Positions 29,855 through 39,858 of a stretch of 64,000 nt of DNA are shown here, piece by piece. Numbering within the stretch: position 1 is the stretch's first letter; each line of letters begins with the position of its first letter. The stretch covers positions 4,855 through 68,854 of the forward strand of contig JBBQWG010000017.1 in NCBI GenBank assembly GCA_038210825.1, in the 5' to 3' direction. A model generated the notes under the pieces. The model worked only from the letters and a program-made list of their open reading frames with translations. It ran no database searches and had not been told where the DNA came from. This stretch comes from Verrucomicrobiales bacterium (GTDB lineage: Bacteria; Verrucomicrobiota; Verrucomicrobiia; Verrucomicrobiales; V1-33). Position numbers and translations under genes: made by a program.

Positions 29855-29949
29855 GGTGAAAGGGTTCAGGGTTCAGGGTTCAGCTTGGGCGGCAGCAAAC
29901 AAGAGTCCCTGTTCCGAAGCCTGAACCCTGAAACCTGAACCCTTTCACC
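29855..29949. repeat. 29-bp inverted repeat built from heptamers (AGGGTTC/CTGAACC) with a 37-nt loop
   Basis: GGTGAAAGGGTTCAGGGTTCAGGGTTCAG versus CTGAACCCTGAAACCTGAACCCTTTCACC, one mismatch. Confidence 0.9.
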
Positions 29950-29952
29950 CTG

Positions 29953-31029
29953 CTATAACTTCGATAGGGAATCGTCGAGGGCGGCGGTCAGTCCGGCGAT
30001 GGTGGCATCGGTCTCATCCCCCATGTTGCTGAGGCGGAAGGTGGTGCCTTTGATCTTGCCGTAGCCTCCATCAATGGCCATGAGGTGGTTTTTCTTCATC
30101 AGACCCACCAGTTTGGCAGTGTCGATTTCCTTGTTATTGCGGACACAGGTCAGGGACTTCGACCGGTAGCCTTCCGGGGCGAAAAATTCGAAGCCGTGTT
30201 TCCGGACCCAGTCGTGGACCAGACCGTTGAGCCGGGCGTGGCGGGCATAACGGTTCTCCATCCCTTCGAGGAAAATGTCCTCCAGCTTGCTTTCGAGGGC
30301 GAAGATCAGCGGGATCACCGGAGTGCTGGGAGTCATGAAATTGTCCGCATTTTTGCGGAATTCCACGAAGTCGAAGTAGTAGCCCCGGTCCTTGACGGTG
30401 GCGGCCTTGGCGAGGGCAGCTTCACTGATGGCAAAGAGGGCCATGCCCGGAGGCAGGGCGAGGGCTTTCTGGGTGCCCAGCAGCATCACGTCCAGCCCGA
30501 GTTCATCAAATCCGATGGGCACGGTGCTGAAACTGCTGACAGTATCGGTAATCAGACTGACCCCGGGATACTTTTTGACCACGGCGGCGATTTCCGCCAA
30601 GGGATTGAGAACCCCGGTGGAAGTTTCGTTATGAACGACCGTGATGGCATCAAATCCGCCGGTGGCCAGCCTTTCGTCCACCAGTTCCGGGGTGATGGGC
30701 TGCCCCCATGCCACTTTGAGGGCTTCGGCTTGTTTGCCGCAATTCAGGGAAACATCATACCATTTGTCAGAAAAGGCTCCGCAGCAGCAGTTGAGGACCT
30801 TTTGGGTGACCAGGTTGCGGATGGATCCTTCCATCACCCCCCATGCGGAAGACGTGGAAAGAAAGACCGGCTGGCTGGTGCCAAAGAGGGTCTTCAGGTT
30901 GGGCATGATGCGCTCATAAAGTGCCTGGAAATCCTTGCTGCGGTGTCCCATCAGCGGCTGGATCATCGCCTGCTGGGTTTTGGCACTGACTTCGACGGGA
31001 CCGGGAATGAATAACTTGACGTGTGACAT
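29953..31029 (-). CDS. Class V PLP aminotransferase (alanine-glyoxylate/serine-pyruvate family)
   Basis: LFIPGP, GHRS, VHNETSTG, DTVSS, GTQKAL and FRLSNMG motifs. Confidence 0.92.
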   Translation of the reverse strand: MSHVKLFIPGPVEVSAKTQQAMIQPLMGHRSKDFQALYERIMPNLKTLFGTSQPVFLSTSSAWGVMEGSIRNLVTQKVLNCCCGAFSDKWYDVSLNCGKQAEALKVAWGQPITPELVDERLATGGFDAITVVHNETSTGVLNPLAEIAAVVKKYPGVSLITDTVSSFSTVPIGFDELGLDVMLLGTQKALALPPGMALFAISEAALAKAATVKDRGYYFDFVEFRKNADNFMTPSTPVIPLIFALESKLEDIFLEGMENRYARHARLNGLVHDWVRKHGFEFFAPEGYRSKSLTCVRNNKEIDTAKLVGLMKKNHLMAIDGGYGKIKGTTFRLSNMGDETDATIAGLTAALDDSLSKL

Positions 31030-31057
31030 GGGATATTAAACAACGCACCAGAACATG

Positions 31058-33601
31058 CTAGGGGCTGGTGGTCCAGATCTCGTATTTCAGGGCAAGCTCG
31101 TCCACCAGTTCCGCTGCGGCATGGCCTCGCGGGCCGGGAGCTTTGGCCATCTTTTTGGCAATCTCAATCGCTTCCTCGATTTTTCGCGCCTTTTCCAGAA
31201 GATTGAGGGCCTTGCCGCCGGCGCGGTGGAACCAGTAGTCATCCGGAGGCTCTCCCCCGGCTGCCGGCGGGGCCGTGGGGGGATCGCTCAGGACATCGTA
31301 GTAGGCCTCCAGAGCCTCGTCCGGGCGCTCCATTGCTTCGAGGCACACGCCCTTGCGGACGAGGGACTGGCGGCGCCATGCGGCGGGCAGGCCTTCGGCG
31401 GCAATCACCTCGTCGAAGGCCTGCAGACCCAGTGCCTGTTCTTCGGGTTTCATGCCCGGGGCCGCGAGGATCTCACCGCGCAGACTGAGGGCCTGCCAGC
31501 GGGTGGCCGCGTCCGGCGGCGGGGCTGCGGTTTCCGTCAGGATTTCATCGAGAAGCTGCAGGGCCGCAGCCGGTTTGCGCTGCCGTTGGTTGAGACGGGC
31601 CTCCTGGAGACGGGCCTGCCATTTGAGGGGACCGCTGCGTTCGACCACTTTTTCCCACAAGACCACCGCTTGCTGGTCGGCGGTGGGCTCCATGGTCAGG
31701 AGCGCCGCCCGGCCCGCCCAGAACAGCGCGGCTTCGGCGAGGGGGTGCAGCGGATCATCCGCTTCCAGCGCTTCAAACATGCGGCGGGCACCGCTGAAGT
31801 TTTCCCGCCGGTAGAGCATCTGGGCCGCCTTCATGCGGAGATCACTGCGGGCTGCGGACTGGGGAAATTCGGTTAGAAATTTCTCCACTTTTGCAGTGAA
31901 GGCATCGGCAGCCAGAGCCACCGGTCCCGGGGCCGCTTCGGCGATATAACAATCCAGCAGGGCGACCCGTTCCTTTTGCCATGGTTCCGCTGCCGCTGTG
32001 GCGGCGGCGGTCAGAAGCCGGGCGGCCTCCGGTGCCCGGGGGGGCGTGGACCGCAGGGCGATCTCGGCAAGGGCAATCAGGGCCTCAAAACGGCGGGGAT
32101 GATCCGGCAGGCTCTCGGCAAAGGCTTCGAGCCCCTGGATGGCCTCCGGTTTTCCGAGGGACGCCATGCGCAGGGCCCGTTCCAAATGAAACTCGGCCCC
32201 GGCCATGCGGTATTCCGCGAGGGAAGAACCGTCGAGCAGAGCCAGACTGCGTGCGGGGTTGGTGTTGCCGCCCTGGAGTTCTGCGAGGGCCGCGTTGTAG
32301 GCGGCGGCGGCGCGCACCGCCGGGTCTGCAGCGGTGGTGGCCGCCTCGGTAAAACCGGCCACGGCCTTGCGGTAGACGGCCGCATCATAGGCCCCCTGCC
32401 CTGAAACCCACGCGGTCCATGCGGCAAGGGCGGGGCTGGGAGCGAGCCGGCGCAAGGCATCGAGGAGGGGCAACGCTTCCTCGCGAAGTCCCTGATAGGT
32501 CAAAAACTGGGCCTGCCGCAGCAGGGCGAGAGCGCTCAGGGGATGGTCCGGAAAGTCCTTGGAGATGGCGGCCCATGCGGCAAGGGCCTGGGCGGGCTCA
32601 GCCACACTTTCAGTTGCCGCCGCAAGGGAAATGCGGGCCCGGATCTTGTAGGCGGGTTCGGCACTGGCGGCCAAGGTGTTAAGCAGCGCTTCGATTTCCG
32701 CCCCGGGAGGATGATTCAGGGCCTCCAATTCGAGAAAGGTGGCATCGAGAATTTCCGGCGGAGGCAGGGGCGAGACCGGCAGCATTGCGCGCAGCAGGGA
32801 CAGCGCTTCCTCCTGTTTACCCTGCATGCGCAGAGCCCGCGTGCGGCCCAATCTCGCTGCCTGCTGCAGGCCCGGCGTGGCTGCCCGCGCTTTGGTCAGG
32901 CCGGCAAAGAGAGCGTCAGCGGTGACAGGATCTCCCATGGCCAGAGCGATCCGGCCCAGCAGATAATCGCGTTCCGGAGGGGAGGGTGCCGCGGTCCCGG
33001 CCTTTGCCTCCAGCAGCGCGGCAGATTCGGCCGGCTCTCCAGCCGAGAGCCGCAATTCCGCCAGCCAAAGCCTTGCCTTGTCGGCCGTGGCCTGCTGGGG
33101 AGCCTGGAGGAGGGGTTGCAGCACCTTGCCGGCGCGCTCCGCATCCCCCAGTGCCGCCAGCAGCCCTGCCCGGGAAAAGGCCGTTTCCACGGCATAACGG
33201 AAATCAGGCAATCTGCCCAACGGCTCCAGCAAAGCTTCCGCTTCGCGCCAGCGGTTCAACCGCGCCAGCGCCTGCGCCTGCCAGAATTTGCCTTCCGGAA
33301 GGGCCTGCAACCCGGGCTCGTCGCATACGGGCAAGGCTTCGGCGGGCCGTCCCGCGCGCACGAGGGCTTCGGCGAGGAGCAGCCGCACGGGAGTCTGCTG
33401 ATCCGGCTTGAGTTTCCCACCGTCCAAAGCCCGCTTCAGTTTGACCACCGCCACCTCGGGCAGCTTGTCCCGCAGGGCCGCCGACGCCTGCTGGTAGGCC
33501 TGCAGCCTCGCCACCGGGGACGGGACGTTTTGTGCCACCGCAGAGACGGCCGCCCCGCAACAGGACAGCAGCAGCACAGCGCGGAATAGGCCGGATTTCA
33601 T
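31058..33601 (-). CDS. Secreted tetratricopeptide-repeat protein
   Basis: Signal peptide followed by tandem Ala/Leu-rich TPR-like helix pairs along the whole length. Confidence 0.8.
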   Translation of the reverse strand: MKSGLFRAVLLLSCCGAAVSAVAQNVPSPVARLQAYQQASAALRDKLPEVAVVKLKRALDGGKLKPDQQTPVRLLLAEALVRAGRPAEALPVCDEPGLQALPEGKFWQAQALARLNRWREAEALLEPLGRLPDFRYAVETAFSRAGLLAALGDAERAGKVLQPLLQAPQQATADKARLWLAELRLSAGEPAESAALLEAKAGTAAPSPPERDYLLGRIALAMGDPVTADALFAGLTKARAATPGLQQAARLGRTRALRMQGKQEEALSLLRAMLPVSPLPPPEILDATFLELEALNHPPGAEIEALLNTLAASAEPAYKIRARISLAAATESVAEPAQALAAWAAISKDFPDHPLSALALLRQAQFLTYQGLREEALPLLDALRRLAPSPALAAWTAWVSGQGAYDAAVYRKAVAGFTEAATTAADPAVRAAAAYNAALAELQGGNTNPARSLALLDGSSLAEYRMAGAEFHLERALRMASLGKPEAIQGLEAFAESLPDHPRRFEALIALAEIALRSTPPRAPEAARLLTAAATAAAEPWQKERVALLDCYIAEAAPGPVALAADAFTAKVEKFLTEFPQSAARSDLRMKAAQMLYRRENFSGARRMFEALEADDPLHPLAEAALFWAGRAALLTMEPTADQQAVVLWEKVVERSGPLKWQARLQEARLNQRQRKPAAALQLLDEILTETAAPPPDAATRWQALSLRGEILAAPGMKPEEQALGLQAFDEVIAAEGLPAAWRRQSLVRKGVCLEAMERPDEALEAYYDVLSDPPTAPPAAGGEPPDDYWFHRAGGKALNLLEKARKIEEAIEIAKKMAKAPGPRGHAAAELVDELALKYEIWTTSP

Positions 33602-33741
33602 AAAAGGCAGTGGGGACAGCAGCGGACCGGTGACCGGTAGCACGGATCAGGCGGTTGGCACGGGAATTTACGCTTTCCCCCTGCCCGGTCCCGCCACCCT
33701 CCCGGCAGGCCTGACAGAGGTCGATGCCAGTTAGGGAAACC

Positions 33742-35037
33742 TCAAATGTGCTGCCCCGTCCGGATCGTGGCGGACCTGCCGTGGGCGGCCAGCCCCTCAA
33801 TTCCCGCCAACAACTCCACGGCGGGAGCGGAAGCCGCGAGCGCCTTGGCGCTCAATTTGACGATGCTGGTGCGGCGCTGGAATTGATCCACCGTCAGACC
33901 CGGGAACGACTTGCCGGCTCCGCCGGTGGGCAGGGTGTGGCTCGGTCCGGCGAGAAAATCCCCCACCGCCACCGGACTGTAGTGACCAAGGAAAATCGCC
34001 CCGGAATTCCGGATCTGCGGCAGCACCGCTTTTTCATTTTTCACCACCAGACTCAAGTGCTCCGGTGCCCACGCGTTGGCCAGGGCAATGCCCTGGGCCA
34101 TGTCTTTGACCAGGACCAGGGTGCCGCCGGTTTTCAGGGACTCCCGGGCAATTTCTGCGCGCGGCAGCATGGAAAGCTGATTCCCGAGTTCCTGTTCCAC
34201 CGCCTCGAGCAGGGACGCCGAATCCGTCGCTAACAACACTTGACTGTCCTTGCCGTGTTCGGCCTGGGCCAGCAGGTCGGCGGCGACGAAGGCCGGGTTC
34301 GCCGTTTCATCGGCCAGCACCATGATCTCGCTGGGCCCGGGCAGCAGGTCGATGGCCACGGCACCGAAAAGCTGGCGTTTTGCTTCGACGACAAATTTGT
34401 TGCCAGGACCCATGATCTTGTCCACGGGCCGGATGGTCTTTGTCCCAAAAGCCATTGCCGCAATGGCGTGGGCCCCGCCCACTTTGTAAACCTCCGTCGC
34501 TCCGGCCAGCTTCAGGGCGTGCAGCATGGCGTCGTTTATCTTGCCGGATTTGTCGCAGGGGGTGCAGACCACGATTTCCGGCACGCCCGCCGCCTTGGCC
34601 AGGGTCACCGTCATGATCACCGTGGAGATGAGGGGCGCACTGCCGCCCGGCACATAAATGCCAACCCGTTGGAACGGTTGATAAACCTCCCCGACATCCG
34701 CGCCCTGGGCATTTTTCATGGACCAGTTCCGGCGCAGGCCCTGGCGGGCAAAGGCGAGGACATTCCTGTGCGCCATGGCGAGAGCCCGCTTCACTTTGGC
34801 AGGCACCGCCGCCGGAGCCTGATCCCATTCCTTTCCGCCCACCGCGAGGGTTTTCGCCGTCAGGACCGCCCCGTCAAATTTCTCCGCAAATTCGAGCAGG
34901 GCCTTGTCGCCGTCCCTTACAATCTCCGAAATGATGCCCGCGACATACGTGGACAGCTCCGCGCCCGGCACATGCCGCCGGTCAAGGCGGCGGAGCTGGG
35001 CAGCAAAGGATGGCGACGTATAAGATAGGCGTTTCAT
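33742..35037 (-). CDS. hisD: Histidinol dehydrogenase
   Basis: GIYVPGG, GGAHAIAA, GPGN, GPSE, LLAQAEH, APEHL, GDFLAGPSHTLPT and EGLAAH motifs. Confidence 0.97.
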   Translation of the reverse strand: MKRLSYTSPSFAAQLRRLDRRHVPGAELSTYVAGIISEIVRDGDKALLEFAEKFDGAVLTAKTLAVGGKEWDQAPAAVPAKVKRALAMAHRNVLAFARQGLRRNWSMKNAQGADVGEVYQPFQRVGIYVPGGSAPLISTVIMTVTLAKAAGVPEIVVCTPCDKSGKINDAMLHALKLAGATEVYKVGGAHAIAAMAFGTKTIRPVDKIMGPGNKFVVEAKRQLFGAVAIDLLPGPSEIMVLADETANPAFVAADLLAQAEHGKDSQVLLATDSASLLEAVEQELGNQLSMLPRAEIARESLKTGGTLVLVKDMAQGIALANAWAPEHLSLVVKNEKAVLPQIRNSGAIFLGHYSPVAVGDFLAGPSHTLPTGGAGKSFPGLTVDQFQRRTSIVKLSAKALAASAPAVELLAGIEGLAAHGRSATIRTGQHI

Positions 35038-35151
35038 GGTGGAACAAGTCAGGCGGCGTCCGGGATCAACGCCGGGCCCCGGACAAAAGAAACCCGGGCT
35101 GCCCGGTGTCGAGAGCAAAATCGGGCGAACCGGCTGGTGCCAAAAAAAAGG

Positions 35152-35289
<138 letters not shown>

Positions 35290-35319
35290 CCCGCCCCCCA
35301 TTGACGCCCGGGTCCGCCG

Positions 35320-37383
35320 GTGTTCCCTTCCCGGGTGGAAAGCCGGTTACCCGAGGACCTGATGGAAGATCTGCCGCCGGGCAGGTCGCCCCTCGGCACG
35401 CCCCCGGCCGAAGCCTTGAGCGGACTGGCCCTCGAAATGCACCGGGCCTTCTCGCCGGATGGCCTGCTGGCCCAGTCGCCGGACTTTGAATACCGGGCCG
35501 AGCAGCAGCGCATGGCAGTGGAAGTCGGGCAGGCCCTGGAAAAAAAACGCCCGGTGATCATCGAGGCCGGCACCGGCGTCGGCAAATCGCTCGCCTATCT
35601 GCTGCCGGCCGTGCTCACCGCCATCCGGCAACAACGCAAGGCGGTGATCTCCACCCACACCATCAACCTTCAGGAGCAGCTCATCAGCAAGGATATTCCC
35701 ATTGTTCAAAAACTTGTTCCGACGCCTTTCTCCGCCGTCCTCCTCAAAGGCCGGGGCAACTACCTCTGCCCGCAGCGGCTATCCCGCGCGATGCGCAGCA
35801 CCGGCGACCTCTTCAGCACCGCAGAGCATGATGAACTCCGTGCGCTATGGAAGTGGAAACAGGAGACGAGGGATGGCACCCTGAGTGATCTCAACTTTTC
35901 CCCCTCGCCCAATGTGTGGTCCCAGGTCTGCAGCGAAGCCCATGTCTGCACCCCGCGCAGCTGCGGTCCGGACAGCGGTTGTTATTACCAGGAGGCACGC
36001 CGGGCCGCCGCCGAGGCCCAGGTCCTGGTGCTCAACCATACCCTGTTTTTTACCCTGCTCTCAGCCCAGGACGAAATGGGGGCGGAAGGCGAGGGTTTTC
36101 TCTTCGCCAATGACTTTGTGGTGATGGATGAAGCCCATACCCTGGAGAATACCGCCGCCCGCCAGCTGGGTTTGAATCTTTCCCAGTCCAGCCTGCGCTT
36201 TGACCTGAACCGGCTCTACAATCCGCGCACCCAGAAAGGTTTGTTTGCCGTGGCCAAAAGCCCGGAGGGCGTGGTCAGCACCGCCCGGGTGCTGGAGCAG
36301 GTGGAGGGCTTTTTCCAGTCCGTCAAGGATGCCGCCAAATTCTCCCCAGCCGGCCGGGAATACCGCGTGCGCACCGCCGGTCTCGTGGAAAACACCCTCG
36401 GCGGCGCGCTCCTCGAAGTGGTGCAGTGCGTGCGCAGGCTGACCGATGACAAGGAAGCCCCTGACAACTCCCTGACCGAAATCGCCGAGATGGGCCGCCG
36501 CCTTGCCGAGACCCGCGCCGGCCTTGAGGAATTCCTCACCATGGCCCGCGACGGCCATGTCTACTGGGTGGAGCGCAGCGGCATCGACCAGCGGAATGTC
36601 AGCCTGCATGCCGCTCCGGTGGATGTCAGCGGGCTGCTGCGCCAGATCTTTTTCAGCGGCAGCAAAACCTGCATCCTAACCAGCGCTACCTTCGGAGCCG
36701 GCGAGCCCCAACTCCGCTACTTCCGCCGCCGCTGCGGCGCGGAAAAGGTCAGGGCCGTCCAGATTGGCAGCCCCTTTGACTGGCAGGAGCAGATGAAACT
36801 GCACCTTGTGCGCCAGATGCCGGATCCCAATGCCCCGGGCTACGACGCCGCCCTTGAGGAATGGGTGAAGCACTATCTGGAGATGTCGCAGGGCCGGGCC
36901 TTTGTGCTCTTCACCAGCTACAAGCTGATGGAAAACCTCGCCTCACGCATGGAGCGCTGGTTCCAGCAGAAGGGCTGGGAACTGCTCGTCCAGGGCAAGG
37001 GCCGGCCGCGGCACCAGTTGCTCCACGATTTCAAGGAAGATGTCAGCAGTGTGCTCTTCGGCACCGAGAGCTTCTGGACCGGGGTGGACGTGCCGGGCGA
37101 GGCCCTCTCCAATGTCATCATTACCCGCCTGCCCTTTGCCGTGCCGGACCATCCCCTCACCGCCGCCCGCATCGAACACATCGAGGACCGCGGAGGCAAT
37201 CCCTTTTCGGAATACTCCGTGCCGGAAGCCGTGCTCAAACTGCGCCAGGGCATCGGCCGCCTCATCCGCACCCGCAGGGACCATGGCATCGCGGTCATCC
37301 TCGACCCCCGCGTCCTGACCAAAAGCTACGGCAAGATCTTCCTCGACGCCCTCCCCCCCGCCCCCCGCATCATCGCCGGTTAG
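35320..37383 (+). CDS. DinG/YoaA-family Fe-S ATP-dependent DNA helicase
   Basis: EAGTGVGKS, KGRGNYLC, Cys cluster, DEAH, LTSAT, LFTSY, FWTGVDVPG and QGIGRLIR motifs. Confidence 0.93.
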   Translation: MFPSRVESRLPEDLMEDLPPGRSPLGTPPAEALSGLALEMHRAFSPDGLLAQSPDFEYRAEQQRMAVEVGQALEKKRPVIIEAGTGVGKSLAYLLPAVLTAIRQQRKAVISTHTINLQEQLISKDIPIVQKLVPTPFSAVLLKGRGNYLCPQRLSRAMRSTGDLFSTAEHDELRALWKWKQETRDGTLSDLNFSPSPNVWSQVCSEAHVCTPRSCGPDSGCYYQEARRAAAEAQVLVLNHTLFFTLLSAQDEMGAEGEGFLFANDFVVMDEAHTLENTAARQLGLNLSQSSLRFDLNRLYNPRTQKGLFAVAKSPEGVVSTARVLEQVEGFFQSVKDAAKFSPAGREYRVRTAGLVENTLGGALLEVVQCVRRLTDDKEAPDNSLTEIAEMGRRLAETRAGLEEFLTMARDGHVYWVERSGIDQRNVSLHAAPVDVSGLLRQIFFSGSKTCILTSATFGAGEPQLRYFRRRCGAEKVRAVQIGSPFDWQEQMKLHLVRQMPDPNAPGYDAALEEWVKHYLEMSQGRAFVLFTSYKLMENLASRMERWFQQKGWELLVQGKGRPRHQLLHDFKEDVSSVLFGTESFWTGVDVPGEALSNVIITRLPFAVPDHPLTAARIEHIEDRGGNPFSEYSVPEAVLKLRQGIGRLIRTRRDHGIAVILDPRVLTKSYGKIFLDALPPAPRIIAG

Positions 37384-37395
37384 GACAAAGACGGG

Positions 37396-37506
37396 CCACG
37401 GATTTCGAGGATAGGACTGATGGCACAGATTTATTAGGGATAAGGACTAATCTTTTGAGGGCACTCATTGTTTTCTGTATATCCGTGATCATCCGTCTTA
37501 TCCGTG
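37396..37506. repeat. Degenerate CACGGAT/ATCCGTG inverted multi-unit element between convergent genes
   Basis: CCACGGAT..GAGGAT..CACAGAT on the left; ATCCGTG, ATCCGTC and ATCCGTG at 37481, 37491 and 37500. Confidence 0.55.
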
Positions 37507-37583
37507 AAATTTGCCTGCGGCTGTCTCCGCTGCGCTCCGGCTGTGGCCCGTCAGCACTCCTGTCCCCCGTCCCCTGCCCCGGT

Positions 37584-38642
37584 TCACTCCTCCTTGTTAT
37601 AGAAGACCTTCACAAACTTCATTTGCTTTTCCTCGTCAAATCCGCGCTCCAGCACCCCGGCATGGCGGTCGCTGAAAGTGGGCCGCAGGTGCAGTTCCAC
37701 CCCGGTGTCGAACTTCAGCACCGTGCCGATTTTTTTCTTCGCCTTGTTCACGTCCTTTTTGGAAATACCAAACGTCTTTTCAAGGGGCACCCCCTGCTCT
37801 TCCTCCACCCGGGTGCGGTGTTTGGTGAACTGGGCCACCGCTTCCGGGGTCTTGAGCACCTCCGATTCAAACTCCGCCAGATCAAACATCTCCTTCTCCT
37901 CGAAGTAGGCGATGGCATCCCGGGCCGCCGCCTGCCGCGCTTCCGGCGGGGTGCTATCCTCGGGTTTCACCTGTTCCAGAAATGACACCGCGAGGTTGGT
38001 GTAGGCATTGGTCATGAAGGCCTCATCGGGCACCGCATGCACGCCGAGGAAATCCCGGATCCAGAAGCGCGATTCCGCCCCGCTGCGGTCAAATGTGAGC
38101 ACATAATACCCCATGTCGGCGAAGGTATTCAGAATCAGGCAGCCCTTGTCGATCTTGTCAGGATTGATCCCTTCCTCGGTGGAAAGCTGCAGGTCCCCAT
38201 TGCGCGCCGAGATGCTCAGGAAGGGCACCACGCTTTCCGCTTTCAGGATGCAGAGCCCGGCCGTAGCCACTCCGTCCACCTCGATGTCCCGGACATGGGC
38301 AATGCAGAGGTCCCCTGCTTTGATGTTGGGATGGTTGGACTTGGAGTAAAGCCGTTTGGCGATCCGGATGCCATGCTCCAGCAGCACCCCGGGATCCGCA
38401 AAGATGCCGGTGGCCAGAGTATTCATCTCATGCTGCTCGAGGGAGGAATGGTGGCTGAACCGATGCGCAATCAAATTACGGAATGGCTTCAAAAACAGGC
38501 CCGTCAGCGTCTCCCCGTCCGCCTCGGCCACCTTGAAGACTTCCTTGGAGGTCTGGAGGGGTTCATCGCGCTGCGGATTGCCCACCTTCGCAAGCACGGT
38601 GCCGGTAAGGTAAGCGGAATTGAAACGGATTTTCAGGGACAT
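37584..38642 (-). CDS. Nucleoid-associated protein, NdpA/YejK (37-kD) family
   Basis: FLKPF..FSH, LYSKSNHPNIKAGDL, LKAES..FL and DKIDKGCLI pattern. Confidence 0.8.
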   Translation of the reverse strand: MSLKIRFNSAYLTGTVLAKVGNPQRDEPLQTSKEVFKVAEADGETLTGLFLKPFRNLIAHRFSHHSSLEQHEMNTLATGIFADPGVLLEHGIRIAKRLYSKSNHPNIKAGDLCIAHVRDIEVDGVATAGLCILKAESVVPFLSISARNGDLQLSTEEGINPDKIDKGCLILNTFADMGYYVLTFDRSGAESRFWIRDFLGVHAVPDEAFMTNAYTNLAVSFLEQVKPEDSTPPEARQAAARDAIAYFEEKEMFDLAEFESEVLKTPEAVAQFTKHRTRVEEEQGVPLEKTFGISKKDVNKAKKKIGTVLKFDTGVELHLRPTFSDRHAGVLERGFDEEKQMKFVKVFYNKEE

Positions 38643-38988
38643 GGGGGCGACACCCTGGAAGCTTTCCGCCGCTTGGAAACCCGAAAGTGGTCATTTCCGC
38701 AGCGGCCTTCCCTTGGGCGTGATGGATGACACAGGTTCATCAGACCGTCGGTGGTGCCCCGGTCCTCCCAAATGCCGGTGAAACTGGCGAGAGTGCTGCG
38801 CATTTGTTCGCTGGCGGCAGGATCCACTGGTTCGTTCACCGCATCCCTGGAGATTTCCGCCAGCCGCACCAACTGCTCTGCTGCCCAGTCAGCGTCATTC
38901 GTCAGGCGGCCTTTCGGAGCAGGGCTTACGCAGTGCTGGCAGGGTAGTCGATTGCGCTCCGGTCAATCAGAGTCAGGTTGCGGATATT

Positions 38989-39708
38989 ATGGTTGTCCCC
39001 GACCCGGAACAAGGTTCCCTCCCTCTCTTTACCTTCAAAGGCATCAAGGTTTCGTTGCACTGGTCGTGGCTGCTGGTGGCGGTGTGGCAAATTGCCGAGC
39101 GCAAGGACGCCTACGACCACCCGGGATGGGCCGCAGCCGAATATCTGGCTCTGTTTGGCATCGTGCTGCTTCATGAATTCGGCCATGCTTTTGCCACCCG
39201 GCAGGTGGGCGGACGCTCGGATAACATTCTCCTCTGGCCGTTTGGCGGGATTGCCTATGTGAATGCCCCGAGGCGGCCGGGAGCCCATCTGTGGAGTATT
39301 GCCGCCGGCCCGCTGGTCAACGTGGTGCTGGTGCCGGTCTTTTGGCTCCTTTTCCGATATGTCATGCCTGGGGACGCCAGCCCGGATGCCCACAGGTTTG
39401 CGATGATCATTCAGATCATCAATCTCATTCTGCTCATCTTCAATATGCTGCCCGTCTATCCCATGGACGGCGGGCAAATTCTCCAGGCCCTGCTCTGGTT
39501 TAAGCTGGGTTATGTCAAAGCCCTCCTGATCGCCTCCGTGGCGGGCCTGGTCGGCGGGGGCATTCTGATGGCCGTTTTGCTCTACTGGAATCCGAGTTTC
39601 CTGACCGCCCTGATGGGGCTGTTTCTGTTAAGCGGGGCATGGAGGTCCTACCAGGCCGCCCGGCAAATGCAGGCGGCCCTGCAGGCCCATCCATCTGCCC
39701 AGCCCTGA
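38989..39708 (+). CDS. Site-2 protease family (M50) metallopeptidase
   Basis: HEFGH, AGPLVN and FNMLPVYPMDGG motifs; multiple TM segments. Confidence 0.93.
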   Translation: MVVPDPEQGSLPLFTFKGIKVSLHWSWLLVAVWQIAERKDAYDHPGWAAAEYLALFGIVLLHEFGHAFATRQVGGRSDNILLWPFGGIAYVNAPRRPGAHLWSIAAGPLVNVVLVPVFWLLFRYVMPGDASPDAHRFAMIIQIINLILLIFNMLPVYPMDGGQILQALLWFKLGYVKALLIASVAGLVGGGILMAVLLYWNPSFLTALMGLFLLSGAWRSYQAARQMQAALQAHPSAQP

Positions 39709-39858
39709 GGGGGCCCGGGCGGCCCGGGGGGAATCAACTTGAATGGGAAAAAGGGGAGCCCACGGATAGCAGGCCTGGAACTGATAATCACGGATTCGCA
39801 GATACCTGATTATCAGGCCCATTGGCGTAATCCGGCGCCCGTCAGCCACTTTGCAGGA

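Noticed and set aside
38633-38872. Small minus-strand ORF resembling an antitoxin (SFTGIWEDR)
   Set aside because: The resemblance is a few residues only, there is no convincing start or toxin partner, and it overlaps the ndpA-like start.
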